Shown here: piece after piece, positions 12,961-26,066 of the stretch
Layout of the letters: every line of letters starts with the position of its first letter
How positions within the stretch are numbered: the first letter of the stretch is position 1
Source of the DNA: Octopus sinensis
Lineage: Eukaryota
DNA: 64,000 nucleotides
Assembly: GCF_006345805.1 (NCBI RefSeq)
Contig: NC_043002.1
Location: forward strand, 43,648,001 to 43,712,000
Direction of reading: 5' to 3'
Made by a program: the position numbers and the translations under genes
Notes under the pieces: generated by a model
What the model saw: the letters and a program-made list of their open reading frames with translations, nothing else
Told to the model about the DNA's origin: nothing
Database searches by the model: none

Positions 12961-12998
<38 letters not shown>

Positions 12999-13199
12999 GG
13001 TATATGTGAATATCTCCTCTTGCACTTTTGGGGTGCAAGTTGGTGCAATCACTTTCCGTTGCTTTTATATCCAGACTCTACCAGTCAAAGAAACACAAAA
13101 CGCAGACGTAAAAAATAGATATACTTTATTGTTTTATACCGATGAGAAATCAGTGGTATATCTGATGTCCTTGGTTCTGGGCGCGCAAGGCTGAAAGTT

Positions 13200-13545
13200 A
13201 ATCGATTGTAATATTTACAATGTTCAGCCGCTAAAAACAGAACGGGTCAAAAAATGGCGTCCGGAGGAAGAAGATGATGTCTGCAACAATTCAGGTTAAA
13301 AGTCTTCGGCCAAAAGACTGCTGCTATCAAAACCGGAGAGAGAGCGAATTAAACGTCTGCTTCTATGAAAAGCCTGCCGCTGTCTGTCGGACGCTAATGG
13401 TCAACGCTTTACGCTCCCTTGCCTCTTTGTTAAGGCTCGCGCTCCCTTGCCTCTATAAGCTAAGGCCACGTCAGCAAAATTCCCTCCTCCGGACTTCGTG
13501 TATTCGCGAGAGGGCGTTGCGCACGCGCGCTGTTGTATAGGATCA
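13200..13545 (+). promoter_or_regulatory. CpG-rich promoter-like island
   Basis: YY1-like aaaatggcg (~13251-13259), ccacgtca and gcgcacgcgc motifs in otherwise AT-rich DNA; may belong to the downstream Helitron. Confidence 0.35.
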
Positions 13546-14249
13546 CTACACACATAACATACACACACACATACAATACACAAATAAAACACACCTTGCT
13601 TAAGGTTGCCTATATAATATGATTACGATCATCATTATTTTTAATATCTGGAACTTCTGGTAACTGAACATCACAATCCGAATAGCTTCGGTCGTAGACA
13701 GGACATATAAATGGTAGCATAGGGAGGTCAAGTGTGATACTGTATGAATTATATGCATACCTATTTTCTCGCTTTTCTTGGTAGTTCTGAGTGTATATTT
13801 TCTTCGTTTTCTTCAGTATTCTTTGAACACAGAGACTGACGAATTAAGTGACACTTAGTGATGTTCTTTCTCTCTTGAAGTCTTAGTGCTGCGCCACTTT
13901 AGAATAATCTTTAGTTCGATTCGATTCACTTCTAAGATCCTCCAATTAATTGTTTGTTATAGTGCAGCTGTCCGTAGAAAATCCTGCACGCGAGATTCGA
14001 ATTTGACATGTGTAATGCATGTCCAAGCTATCTCAGTTTGATGTCTGTATAGTGTGGTTTCAGAGTGTGGCGGAGGGTTTCTTCGTTCCTGGGTTCCGTA
14101 GAGAAGGGAAGTAACTCTTTGCAAAGTAAATTTCAGAAATTATTTGTCTCCCTTTCATCCATTGCTCATAAAAAAATATTGCTTTTTATATTAGATTTAC
14201 GTTTTTGAAAGTTTTTTAAATATTTATTTCCAGTTTTCTAGCAGCAGTG

Positions 14250-15980
14250 ATGTCTATATCCCCCTATCTATATCTCTTTATCTATCTATCTCTATCTATC
14301 TATCTCTATCTCTCTAGATCTCTCTATCCATGTCTTTCTCTGTATCTATCTCTCGCTAATGTACCTGAAACTATCTCATTTGTCTAACTAGCTAGTTCTC
14401 TCTCTCTCTTCCTCTCTCTCTCCCTCTCTCTCTCTTTCCCCCTCTCTCTCACTCATTCTTTATTGTTTTCAATTTCATTTTCCAGACGCTATTGGTTTCA
14501 CTTTAAGTTCAATCACTATCGTTTTCACTGTAAGTTTTCAATCGCTATTTACAAACAACAACAACAAATTTCTGACAGAAAGAAGTTCACAATTACTGAT
14601 GAAAGTAATTTCATACATAATTTACTGACAGAAGTAACTTCATAAATTTCACTTCAATCTGTACACTTCGTTAACTTTGCCTACAAATTTCTTATTTACT
14701 TTTGCAACGTTTTGTGTTTTTTGTTGTTGACGGAATTACTGATAAAAAAAGTAAGTTCATAATTTACTGTCAGAAGTAACTTTTAAAAATGTCACTAAAA
14801 TCCGTACATTTAGTTAATTTCCCTAAAAATCTATTTACTTTTGCAACGGTTTTGTGTCTTTCTGTAGTTAACGGCGTTTTTTCTGGTTCATTTGATACAG
14901 GCCCTTTGATTCACTGATAAATTTCGCTTCAACCTGTACAGTTCTTCATTTTCCGTAAACATTTCTGATTTACTTTCTGCTCATCGTACTAAAAAGTATA
15001 ATTGCAGTTATTTTCATTGTTTACTATCTTCTGCACCTGTGTATATCTGTATACGTATATAACCATGCTTAGAAGGGAAGTGTCAAATTTGTCTGCAATG
15101 TCAAGGTTAGCCAAAAGAATGTCTTTGTCCAGGGACAGAGAGACAGCTGCAGAAAGGGAAGCACACCAAGAAACTAACAGACTGTGCACTACAAAAGCCA
15201 GAGCATCTCAAAGTGATGAACAGAGGCATGCACGGCTGACAAGGAACAGGATCTTCACTGCAGAACAAAGAACAGTTGCAACACCTTAGAGAAGCAACTT
15301 CTATGAAGCAGCTTTCATTCAGGATCCAGCAGTTCATTATGCAGATGACACTAGAGTTTCCATTTGTGCAATGACAATTGAATGCATACATTGTAAAGCA
15401 AGGGATTGACCTGGAGAGTCAGCTGCATTGTGCTGCAGTGGTGGAAAGGTTAAACTCCCTGCAATACCCCAACCTCCAGAAACTTGTCATCAACTATTGA
15501 AGAAACTGTTGTCATCAACTGACCAGGATTCCAAGCACTTCCAAAACAAAATTAGACAATACAACGCTGCACTAGAGGTGACATAATTTGGAGCCACAAG
15601 AGATTTAACTGGATTCATGCAAACTTTCAAGATCCAAGGTCAGATTTATCATCGGATTGGCTCTCTACAACCACTGTCAAATGAATCACCAAAATCGGCT
15701 TTTCATTGTTTATAATCTGTATTTGTTTTTTCATCATGAAATAAGCTACACAAAACGTGTTTTTGAATTACATGTATTTACTTTATATACATTTATGGGT
15801 TGAAAATTTTCTTTTAACATTCCACTTAATGTCTATATTCAATGCCGGCATGGGTTGGAGTGTTATTAATGTAGAAAGTTGGTAACCCAGCTACTAGCAG
15901 TTGAAACCTGCGTAATCTAGATGGCATTTTAAAATTTAATTATCCTCTTTAACCCGGGCAACGCCGGGTATTTCTGCTAC
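14250..15980 (+). mobile_element. Internally deleted autonomous-type Helitron
   Basis: 15065-15695 encodes a decayed Rep N-terminus (CIHCKAR..PGE..CCSGGKVKLP, IRQYNAAL, TFKIQGQIYHRIGSL); 3' hairpin acccgggcaacgccgggt followed by ctac at 15980; 5' boundary uncertain. Confidence 0.85.
14600..14985 (+). repeat. Three diverged ~140-bp tandem repeats inside the Helitron
   Basis: Recurring cataatttactg.cagaagtaactt / ctgtaca / atttacttt. Confidence 0.75.
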
Positions 15981-16553
15981 TGTCTATATATTTTATATGC
16001 ATTTGATCAGCCTTTCTATACAATTTTTCTTTGTAAAATTTTATAGTTATTGCTTAAGCTCATCGAATGTTGAAATTTTACGCAAATTTGCAGTTTCACT
16101 CGCTCCATTGTGTAGATGGATATGTTACGAAACTCTGAAATGAAAACTGATTAATCTGTCAAAATTTCAGAAAAAAGAAAGTCAATACTATATAATTAGA
16201 TAAAATATTGAAAACTTGAGTTGAACGTCTACAATGGGAGTTCCATATTACGAGACTTATGCTCACAATAGATACAATTTCTATATTTCTTAAAAAGGAT
16301 ACTGGTCAGCAGCGTGGCAAGGGTGAGTGGATGCAAAGGAACGGTCTACTTTGGGCGACTGTTTTAGTTAAACCTTGCATTCATATAGATTTGTAAAATT
16401 AAAGATTAATTATTATTCTCATTACATACGGAAGCGTCACTTTTGGGTCTTCTATACAAGCTTGTATAAGCTTGGGAATCGGCGGGTAAAAGTGACAGCA
16501 AATTGAAAGGCTGTCCCGGGCGGCACAGACTGTAACTACATATCCTTTTTAGT

Positions 16554-16618
<65 letters not shown>

Positions 16619-17359
16619 TGTGTCTGTTTGTAACTACGTCACAGTATCCAGTTTTCAAGAACCGCGATTTTGTAGAAGATATAACAACTGTTACGTTAAC
16701 AAAGGCAGACACCTGTCATAGTCACTGTATGATTCTTCTCGCACTCCTTTAATAACAGAGTTGTGAATTAAACTGTTACTTTCTGTGTCTCGCTGAGATA
16801 ATAAAATTCCATCTCATTGAAGTTAACAGCGTGAAATCCCTTAGCACTAGAGGCGAACTGCAAGTTACTAAGAACTCATGGGATGCATATGTAATGAAAA
16901 TAATAATGAATCTCTAATTCTACAAATCTACATGAATGTAACGTATATTGAATTATCGCTGAAGTATTGGAGGTCACCCGCGGCCAATTAGACATATGAT
17001 CAAAAGCGATCCAAATGTAATTGTAGTTTTTCCATTATAGTACACATCAACAACTAAGTAACTAATACCCGTGGGTACGCTGTGATACGTTGGAGATTTT
17101 TCTTTCGTATAGATTTTTGGAGACTCTCAACGAGCGACTTCAACCTTTAACACGTGAAGGTACAAGTTGGAATTGTTAAATATTCAAAGATCTATTTACA
17201 TTCAACACGTATTTACATGAACTTTTTGATGTAGATACATGTACGCTCATACATGCATGCATACATACATACATACATACATACATACATACATACATAC
17301 ATTTACATACATGCATACATACGTGCGTACATGCACACACACACGCACACACACACGCA

Positions 17360-17397
<38 letters not shown>

Positions 17398-17469
17398 CTC
17401 GATTCATTCATCCATCTATAAAAAAATACATAAATTATTACTTACATACCGACATATACTGCGTGTGTA

Positions 17470-17665
17470 CCGTTGGCGAATTTTTTTCCCTCCGTCTTCC
17501 CTTCTTTGGATCTTTCCTTTTCCTATGTTTCTGACGAAGAGTTCCGCTCGAAACGTTAAACCCTCCTTCTTTACCTTCTTTCCTGAGCGTCCAATAATAC
17601 TATACTTGTTCCACGTCCTCGCGTTGTTGTGTTTTCTCTTTGTGTTTTCATGTTTGGATTAACTT
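17470..17665 (+). mobile_element. Penelope-like terminal (pLTR) remnant
   Basis: Contains a hammerhead motif; inverted homolog of its 3' part at 34060-34150; flanked by microsatellites. Confidence 0.6.
17527..17561 (+). ncRNA. Minimal type-I hammerhead ribozyme motif
   Basis: gttt-CTGACGA-a-gag(ttccg)ctc-GAAA-cg-TT-aaac; palindromic ACGT stem III as in Penelope-associated minimal hammerheads. Confidence 0.6.
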
Positions 17666-17672
17666 TATATAT

Positions 17673-17728
<56 letters not shown>

Positions 17729-17923
17729 TATATATAGATACATACACACACCAAACATAAATCCTTTAGTGTGTGTGTGTGTGTGTGTGTGCTCGTGCTT
17801 GCGGGCATGCTTGTGTGTGTGTGTGTGCATTTACATGCATTTGTCTATGTTGTCTCTTGTCCAGAATATTGTGAATATTGTGCACAATATTGATTTATTG
17901 CATCGATACAAGACCACAGTATT

Positions 17924-18295
17924 AAGGCTGCGAGCTGGCAGAATCGTTAGCACACCGGGCGAAATGCTAAGCCGTATTTTGTCTGCCGCTACGTTCTGAG
18001 TTCAAATTCCGCTGAGGTCGACTTTGCCTTTCATCCTTTCGGGGGTCGATTAAATAAGTACCAATTATGCACTGGGGTCAATATAATCGACTTAATCCGT
18101 TTGTCTGTCCTTGTTTGTCCTCTCTGTGTTTAGCCCCTTTGGGTAGTAAAGAAATATGTATTTCGTCTCTCTTTACGTTCTGTGTTCAAATTCCACCGAG
18201 ATCGGCTTTGCCTTTCATCCTTTCAGGATCGATAAATTAAGTGCCAGTTGCGTACTGGGATCCATCTAATCGACTGGCCCCTCCCACGAAATTTC
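17924..18295 (+). mobile_element. SINE family B dimer with decayed TSD
   Basis: Two tandem bodies; flanks gatacaagaccacagt and gatacaaaatcacagt; module A has a single empty site at ~3170. Confidence 0.88.
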
Positions 18296-19301
18296 GGATA
18301 CAAAATCACAGTTTAGGTGGGCGGAGGTCATCGTCATCAATCTAATCAACTCTCCTATTTGAACCATACTTGTTTTATCTTTTGCGGAAGAAATATAACA
18401 GAAAAACAAAGAAGCAATAATTAAAAATTATTTATAATATAGCCTAAAGGCTACAAATATTTTGAAGGATGCTTTATTCGCTTAAGTCGACCAATCTACT
18501 TGTGTAGTACTTCTTTTTTTTGATCTCGAACGGATGAAAATATTATAAAAATATTGATTAAATATCTCAGAATATGATTCTTGTCTAAACGGCAATTTCT
18601 ATGTCTTCTTAGTGCATTACATTATATTAATCTCCTATTGAATTCCTTTTATTAGTGTTCAATAAAATGTTAACAAAATCTGGTAAGAGAGTTGAAACCT
18701 ATTTTTTTCATTTACCAAACAAGACCTTTTCAAATGTCAATTGAAAAAGCATGCATGTGCTTCTTCTCGAATTCATTGCGAGTTTGTGTGTATAGGAAAC
18801 AACAGTGCGGGAAATAGTTGAATTAACATACGTACAAAGTCTTGTATTTCAAAGTAATAGGCGCCATTGGAAGCCATTTAATTCCTTGTTAGTGTCACCG
18901 CCAAATGATTATGGAATACGTCCGGAGGCGATATATTGAGCAAATTATAAAGTCATAAATGATATTTATTGATGGAATTTTTTTAGCCAACACTAAGTTA
19001 ATTCTTCGCTGCAGAATATTTTCTACGGAAATATAAACTGTACGGAGTTGGTCTTTCTCAACATGTAAAAAAATTCTTCAGATTTTTGAGATCCTTGCTT
19101 TTCGCATTGTCCAATAAAAAGCCTTTATTCGGCATGCGAATACTGTACATTATTTTGATCACTAAATTAGGTACATCTCGTAGTTGTTGTTGTTTTTAAC
19201 TCTAGGTCAATCATTAGGGAGCAGAGCTCTGATCAAAGGGGAAGCGACTGTGACCATCCTTCTCGTTTCCAAGTTAATATACATTGGGTTATATTACTAT
19301 G

Positions 19302-19530
19302 AAAGGCGAGCTGGCAGAAACGTTAGCACGCCGGGCGAAATTCGTAGCCGTATTTCGTCTGTCGTTGCGTTCCGAGTTCAAATTCCGCCGAGGTCGACTT
19401 TGCCTTTCATCCTTTCGGGGTCGATAAATTAAGTACCAGTTACGCACTGGGGTCGATGTAATCGACTTAATCCCTTTGTCTGTCCTTGTTTGTCCCCTCT
19501 GTGTTTAGCCCCTTGTGGGTAGTAAAGAAA
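19302..19530 (+). mobile_element. SINE family B, young, with TSD
   Basis: Flanked by tatattactatgaaag on both sides (~19289-19304 and ~19533-19548). Confidence 0.92.
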
Positions 19531-19877
19531 TATATATTACTATGAAAGTTAGTATATTTAGAACTACAACCTATGTGTCTTTTTTTATATGGTCGAGTGC
19601 GGTAAGAATGGGATTTCTAGCAGTAGACCACGCAACCGTGTTAGGGTTTCATTGCTAGTTCAAAGGCCTCGAGTGTTTGGTGGAGGTAAATATTCCTGGT
19701 TTTTATTTTGTCGTTAATTTTCATAACTATACCAGAAAAATGAAAAACAAACAACATTGTTTTGTCTCATAGATAACAGGATACAAGATTATAGAGATGC
19801 TACAGTCGTTTAACCAAATATCAGTACTTGACTGGAAATTGACTGAAATTATGAAAAAATGTTATTTTTATTTTTAT

Positions 19878-20034
19878 TTTTAAAAGGCATGAATGTGTTT
19901 CCAATGTACTTCGTTGATAATTTAGGAATATACTGTAGTATGCAGAAGAGCAGGAAATGACTAAAGATATTTCTGTACGAAGGCGTGCATTTCAAACATG
20001 GAATTGGAAGCTATTTACTTCTTCGTTAGCACTG
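19878..20034 (-). repeat. 157-bp near-perfect copy of 11372-11528
   Basis: One mismatch seen (gaacgt vs gaatgt). Confidence 0.95.
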
Positions 20035-20099
20035 CCTGGAGTATATGACTGACTGGAGTATAATTTCAACATAAGTCATAGCACATATTTTAAAAATTA

Positions 20100-21033
20100 T
20101 TTTATCAGAATTCAATAAAATGGTGTCCAAAAGAACAGAACACTTAGCCGGTTTAAATATATTCTGAGGAATTATATCCTACTTACATGAAAATAATGAC
20201 AAGTCCCTTAAAAATCTGATTCAGTATCAGTTGAAAAGAAAGCAAGCATTACAGCTCATTTCACCAACTCTAATCCCTTTCTTTTATGACAACCACTACG
20301 CCTTTCTTTAATGACCACCAGCAAGATAATTTCTACTCCAGATCTTCCCTTTGTTACTTTCTTTTGTTGCTCTTGAGAGAGATTTAGTGGAAACAGTGTT
20401 GTTAAATTCAACATTGACATATCATTTGAATGAATTTAGTACACCAGCCTCCCAACAAAACAATTCACCGAGTGGTTCTATCCGTCTTTCATCTGTTGGA
20501 TCGACTACCTCCAGTTTGATTGCACTATCTGTACAGATGGAACACTCTCTGATCAACATTCTATCTAGTATAGTGCACCCGAGATTCGGTTCTGTCTCTC
20601 AATACTCACACGTCTCTTTCTTCGTACGTATCAACAGCCTACCTACTTGTCGCTACGTCTAACAACGTTTGAATAGGAATGGACGTCTAACAATGTCCAT
20701 GCCAATTCAGACGATGCCACCATTCATTATTTCCAAACCTTCCGTGTTCAAGCGCCATTCACATGAAACCTGAATGGCACACAACAAATTTACACTAACT
20801 CTCAATGACCGGACATTTTGAAAACAAACTCCAAATAAGTCCTGTTTGCGCTTACATCACAATACTACTCCTCTCAAGATAGCAACAATGTCGTAACCTT
20901 CCCTGATGAATATGAACAACATGCAAATTGAAGTTGTAAGGTTGTTACAAAAGCAGACTCATCACCATTGAGGATTTCTTCTGTCGAACGTACGTCAACA
21001 AAAGAACCCCTCTCTCACTCACTCTTTCTCTCT

Positions 21034-21087
<54 letters not shown>

Positions 21088-21200
21088 GACTACTACTACT
21101 ATAATGGCCTTTGCTCCTATGAACTGGCTGGTCTTTCATTTTGGCACTTTCGACTCTTCCTCTCTCTTCATACTGTGTCCACAAGCACGCTCTCTCTCTC

Positions 21201-21239
<39 letters not shown>

Positions 21240-21250
21240 TACACATACAC
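20100..21250 (-). other. Module D: long 5'-UTR-like segment ending in donor CAT|GTAAGT (20186-20181)
   Basis: Shares tcagtatcagttga (20221; cf. 3561) and ttcaataaaat with modules A-C; about 0.8 kb of unique DNA next to (TAC)n/(CT)n tracts; no long minus-strand ORF apart from one microsatellite read-through. Confidence 0.45.
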
Positions 21251-21769
21251 TCATAAACAAACAAAGACACAGAGATCCCTCCTTGTACATTGTTTACCTT
21301 CAGTTGCAATTATTCAAGGTAAATGCTAATCGTGTCAATTTTACCAGTCATGGAAGATCTTCGAAGGCCACGGGAACAACTCCTTCCTATCGACCAAACA
21401 AAAAAAAAATTTTCCCCCTCTAACAGGGTTGCTCGTTTATTTAAAACATAATTAATGTTTTTTCTTCTTTGCACATAAATATTTAACAGTCAGTTAATTT
21501 CTTGTTAACGTTCCAACTAAATTTTAAATTTATACGTCAATCAATGTCATACACAACGGATAGTATTATATGTCATTTCTAGTGATTGATGACAAGGTTA
21601 AACCTCATTAGAAATGTCCTTTTTAGGAAATAAAACCAATGCTAAATCTAGATTTAACATGATTTTGAGGTAGTAATTAAGACATTGACATCTTTGAGCA
21701 ACGTTTTGTTGGATACCAACTTCCACTGAAAGTAGTGTTATCACAACAAAACTATGTATTACATTGGTT

Positions 21770-22598
21770 TCAAATTTTGACACGAGCCCAGCAGATTTGG
21801 CGGGAAGGGATATGTTGGTTACACCAATCCCAGTATTCAACTGATATTTATTTTATCGACCCCCGAAAAGATAAAAAGCAAATTTGACCTCGGCAGCACT
21901 TGAATTCAGAACGTAAAGTCGGTAGAAATACTGTGAAGAATTTTCCCGGCGCGGTAACGATTCTGCCAGCTCACCGCTTTGCAAAACTATGTAATATATT
22001 TATTTGTTTATTGCTCACATGGGGCTAAACTCAGAGGGAACAAACAAGGGCAGACAAAGGAATTAAGTCGATTACATCGACCCCAGTGCATAACTGGTAC
22101 TTATTTAATCAACCCGAAAGGATGAAAGGCAAAGTCAATCTTGGCGGAATTTGAACTCAGAACGTAACGGCAGACGAAGTATCTATTTTTTTACTACCCA
22201 TAAGGGGCTAAACACAGAGAGGACAAACAAGGACAGACAAACGGATTAAGTCGATTACATCGACCCCAGTGCGTAACTGGTACTTAATTTATCGACCCTG
22301 AAAGGATGACAAGCAAAGTCGACCTCGGCGGAATTTGAACTCGGAACGTAACGGCAGACGAAATACCTATTTCTTTACTACCCACAAGGGGCTAAACACA
22401 GAGAGGACAAACAAAGACAGACAAACGGATTAAGTCGATTACATCTACCCCAGTGCGTAACTGGTACTTAATTTATCGACCCCGAAAGAATGAAAGGCAA
22501 AGTCGACCTCGGAGGAATTTGAACTCAGAACGTAACGGCAGACGAAATACGGCTACGCATTTCGCCCGGCGTGCTAACGCTTCTGCCAGCTCACCGCT
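21770..22598 (-). mobile_element. SINE family B cluster: head-to-tail trimer (~187-bp unit) plus an older monomer
   Basis: Three near-identical units ggggctaaac...gcagacgaa in 22010-22598; older copy at 21770-21980. Confidence 0.92.
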
Positions 22599-23382
22599 CT
22601 ACGAAACTATGTAATATATTGATGATAGTGGGTATATACATTTGTACATATAAATTTGTGTGTGTGTGTTTAGATTTAATCATTTCCTGTTTTTTAAGCA
22701 TTTTTCATATTTAAGTTTCTATATTACGTGAATTCCTATCTTTCTTCAGATGTTACGATATGCTCCAACGAAATTATCAAAAAGACTTCTATTCTCTCAA
22801 AAGTAGCAGTGAACAAAGACGGTTCCTTTATGTAAGGTAATATCTAGAACGCTTGGAAGCTAGTGATGGCCTACACTGACAACAATTAATTAATACGAGA
22901 ATTCCTAGTTGACGCGTAGAATTCAATTTAGTATAATATAATTAAGATGTTCGGTGTATTTATTTAACAATGGGTAAAAGCTTCATATAAAAATTATGAA
23001 TGAGGATTGAATGAATTTCTTCCAGCAATTGCGGCTATACAAATAATTTAAATTTAAAATATATGGTTCACGATAAAGTAATACAACTAGAAAAATTTAT
23101 AATTGGTTTTAGTTAAAAAAATTTGAAACGTTTTGCTGTGTCTCAGTTTGGAACACGTCTACACTAGTAATAATAATTACAAATGCCTTTACTCACATAT
23201 ACGTTGACTCCTTCGGATATTGATACAAATAGGTACAGGAGAGAACATAAGACTTACGCCGTTTCAATTTCTGACTTTGAATGTAGGAGGACTCGACTTT
23301 ACATTCCATCCTCCCAAGGATAAAATAAATTACGTATCAAATACTGGTGTGGCCGTGTGCTTATGTGAGAAAATTATATATA

Positions 23383-23745
23383 TCAGGTCATCCCATAAGT
23401 TCTGTCCGAATTTTGAATAAAGAAAACAAATGATCAAATGTTATATTTAATTGAAATTTAATCATCAATGTATTTTCCCTGATTATCTATGACTTCCTTC
23501 CATCTATTTACAAGCTTTCTAATCCCATCAGTTTCGACCTCCTCATGGCTTGTGAAAGTTATGTTCCCCACATGATTCTGTAAACTACGAAATAAATGGT
23601 AGTCTGAAGGAGCAAGGTCGGGAGAATAAGGTGGATGAGGATTTTTTTCCCAACCAAGCTCTTCGATCTTCTGTGATGTGATCGTTGCAGTATGGGGTCG
23701 CGCATTGAGTAACAGTTTTTGAGATTGTTTTGCTGCTTTTTAATA
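23383..23745 (-). mobile_element. mariner remnant
   Basis: Reverse strand encodes [23 protein letters not shown]; terminus ta-tcaggtcatcccataagttctgtcc. Confidence 0.85.
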
Positions 23746-23749
23746 AAGC

Positions 23750-23799
23750 ACGTATATATATGTATGTATATATATAATGTATATGTATATGTATATATG

Positions 23800-23856
<57 letters not shown>

Positions 23857-23928
23857 GTATATCTGTATACATATGTATGTATATAATATATAATATGTAT
23901 ATATGTATATGTACATATGTATATATAT

Positions 23929-23964
<36 letters not shown>

Positions 23965-23980
23965 GTATATATATATATTG

Positions 23981-24017
<37 letters not shown>

Positions 24018-24057
24018 ATATATATATATATGCGTATATATATATATATATATATGC

Positions 24058-24093
<36 letters not shown>

Positions 24094-24155
24094 TGTAATG
24101 TATATACATATATATACTCATACACGCGCACGCACGCACACACACATGTATGTAT
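23750..24155. repeat. (TA)n-rich microsatellite
   Basis: Direct reading of the sequence. Confidence 0.95.
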
Positions 24156-26003
24156 TGGATGTGCTTCTGTACAGTTTCCGTCAGCCAAATTTCGCTCTCG
24201 AGCTATTGAGACTATGATTGAAAACATCTGCCCCAAATACTGCAAGGCGAGATCCCGCGTTTAACGGCATGTTTGCGAAGTGAACATTTTAGGCATGCAA
24301 CCATGAAAACGTGGTTCATACTCAGTATGTAAATTGACGTAACTTCAATAGGATGTGTTATTTGACGTCACATATAACTGTGATGTCACAAATTATACTT
24401 GATGAGATTCGTCCCAATAATTGATTAAAATATATGAATAATGTGTAAATAGGCCTGTAACTTGACGTAAAAGAATTTTCCAAGTCATCAAAATATTCGA
24501 TAGTAGTATTGTCTGATACTATCTTTCGTATTGAAATATAATAACACTTGTTCGAGTACTGCCATCACCTGATCAAAGTCCCTCACATGCGAAGGCTACA
24601 GCCAGCCATTTTTGCGATAGGTCTTTTTTTTGTTCAAACGATGCCTGTGCATCATAATTCTTTATAGTGGGAAAGGATTTGCACAAACTCAATCCCACTC
24701 TCTGATCAGGGACAACAAACTCGAATAGAAGAACTAGTCTTCATAATCGAATATTGTCAGTGTCCCAGGTTTTCTCTCAGAGTTTGCCTCTCCTAGCGAG
24801 ATGTTGTGATAACAACATAGGAGCCACCCACTCCCAGGGGGCCAGCCGTACGCCTGGACAACAACCCAGGTATTTCTACGTCCTCGCGCGTACATACATG
24901 CATACATACACATATACACATATTGTTAGATGGCCGTTGACTGCTCATGAGCTCTTCCGCCATCCATACATACATACGTACGTACGTACATACATACATA
25001 CATACATACATACATACATACATACATACATACATACATACATACATACATACATACATACATACATACATACATGTGCTTTCAGATTTCCTCTTTTATT
25101 TTAACGTATGTATTTGTGCGTATTTATGTGTCGGTCTACATAAATTTCTATGAGTCCTATGAGTCCTTGTCAGCTTTTATTCCGCATGTGAAGACTGTAC
25201 ATAATATATATTTCTAATTTTAATGCAACATCGTAAAACTTCTAAGTGAGCAACAGTGTCTATTAAACCCAGTCTAGTAATTCACTGTATTTTATTATAT
25301 TGACCGCCGGGAGAAGGAAAAATATATTAAAATTGATTTCATATATTAGTACAAGGTTATACATACAGCACGATGCAATAATCGATTATGTCAACATTAT
25401 TACTTAAGTGATATTTGTTTTATAGTTTCTCAACCTCATGACACTCATTTTATAGAAATCGAAAGGATGGAAAAACAAAGCGAAACAAATAAAAAGGAAC
25501 AAGATTAATGTTTGGCTAAAATAATTTATGAGCAAAGGACAATTTTCATATTTTCTTGGAGCATTGCAAAATTGTTATTATAATTCAGTAATAAAAGAAA
25601 TTTTAGATGTTGTAGTGCCCCAAGGAAATAAATAAATTACTTATTGTGTATATTATTTTCATTCTTTTAGAGATGCCAAGACGAAATATTGCTAACGGTA
25701 TGATTACCAAAATGCATTTCCCCCAAACAAAAATAATAATTTCAAGCATTAGCACAAGGACATGCACTTGGATGATATTTCAATAATACTATTAGTCATA
25801 TAGAGCTCAGTACTTGGTACTTGACTGGTACCTTATTATTTACTGGTTTCAGTCATAGGACTGTGATCATACTGAAGCACCGACTTGAAGAGTTCAGGCA
25901 GACAACTCAAACCCCAACACTAATTTTTAAGTCTGGTATCCTGACTATGTTAATCCATTTTGTCGAAGTGCTCACAAACCAGTAACTGGGGGAGGTCAAA
26001 CAG

Positions 26004-26047
<44 letters not shown>

Positions 26048-26066
26048 ACACCACACACACACACAC

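Larger units (their letters stand above)
16700..19150 (-). other. Paralogous module C (promoter ~18900-19010, exon-like ~18905-18716, donor GTAAAT)
   Basis: Collinear with module A over ~2 kb after removing insertions (tgcatatgtaatga.aata.taatgaatct; tctcttgtccagaatat; ccttgttag; gtcataaa); donor TTG|GTAAAT at 18715-18710. Confidence 0.7.
23050..24730 (-). other. Paralogous module G (twin CRE 24363/24381; donor AT|GTGAGT 23196-23191; exon interrupted by TEs)
   Basis: TGACGTCA 24363-24370 and TGATGTCA 24381-24388, extra TTGACGTAA at ~24334 and ~24462; caataatt block as in module A. Confidence 0.55.

Noticed and set aside
20351-20662. 103-aa plus-strand ORF
   Set aside because: TTG start, Ser-rich, no motif, antisense to the putative module D exon.
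22010-22598. CRISPR-like or regularly spaced repeat array
   Set aside because: Whole ~187-bp units are repeated with no unique spacers; it is a SINE multimer in eukaryotic DNA.
22750-22831. Possible plus-strand exon (ttcttcAG...GTAAGG; VTICSNEIIKKTSILSKVAVNKDGS)
   Set aside because: Isolated, no partner exons and no recognisable domain; such signals occur by chance in AT-rich DNA.
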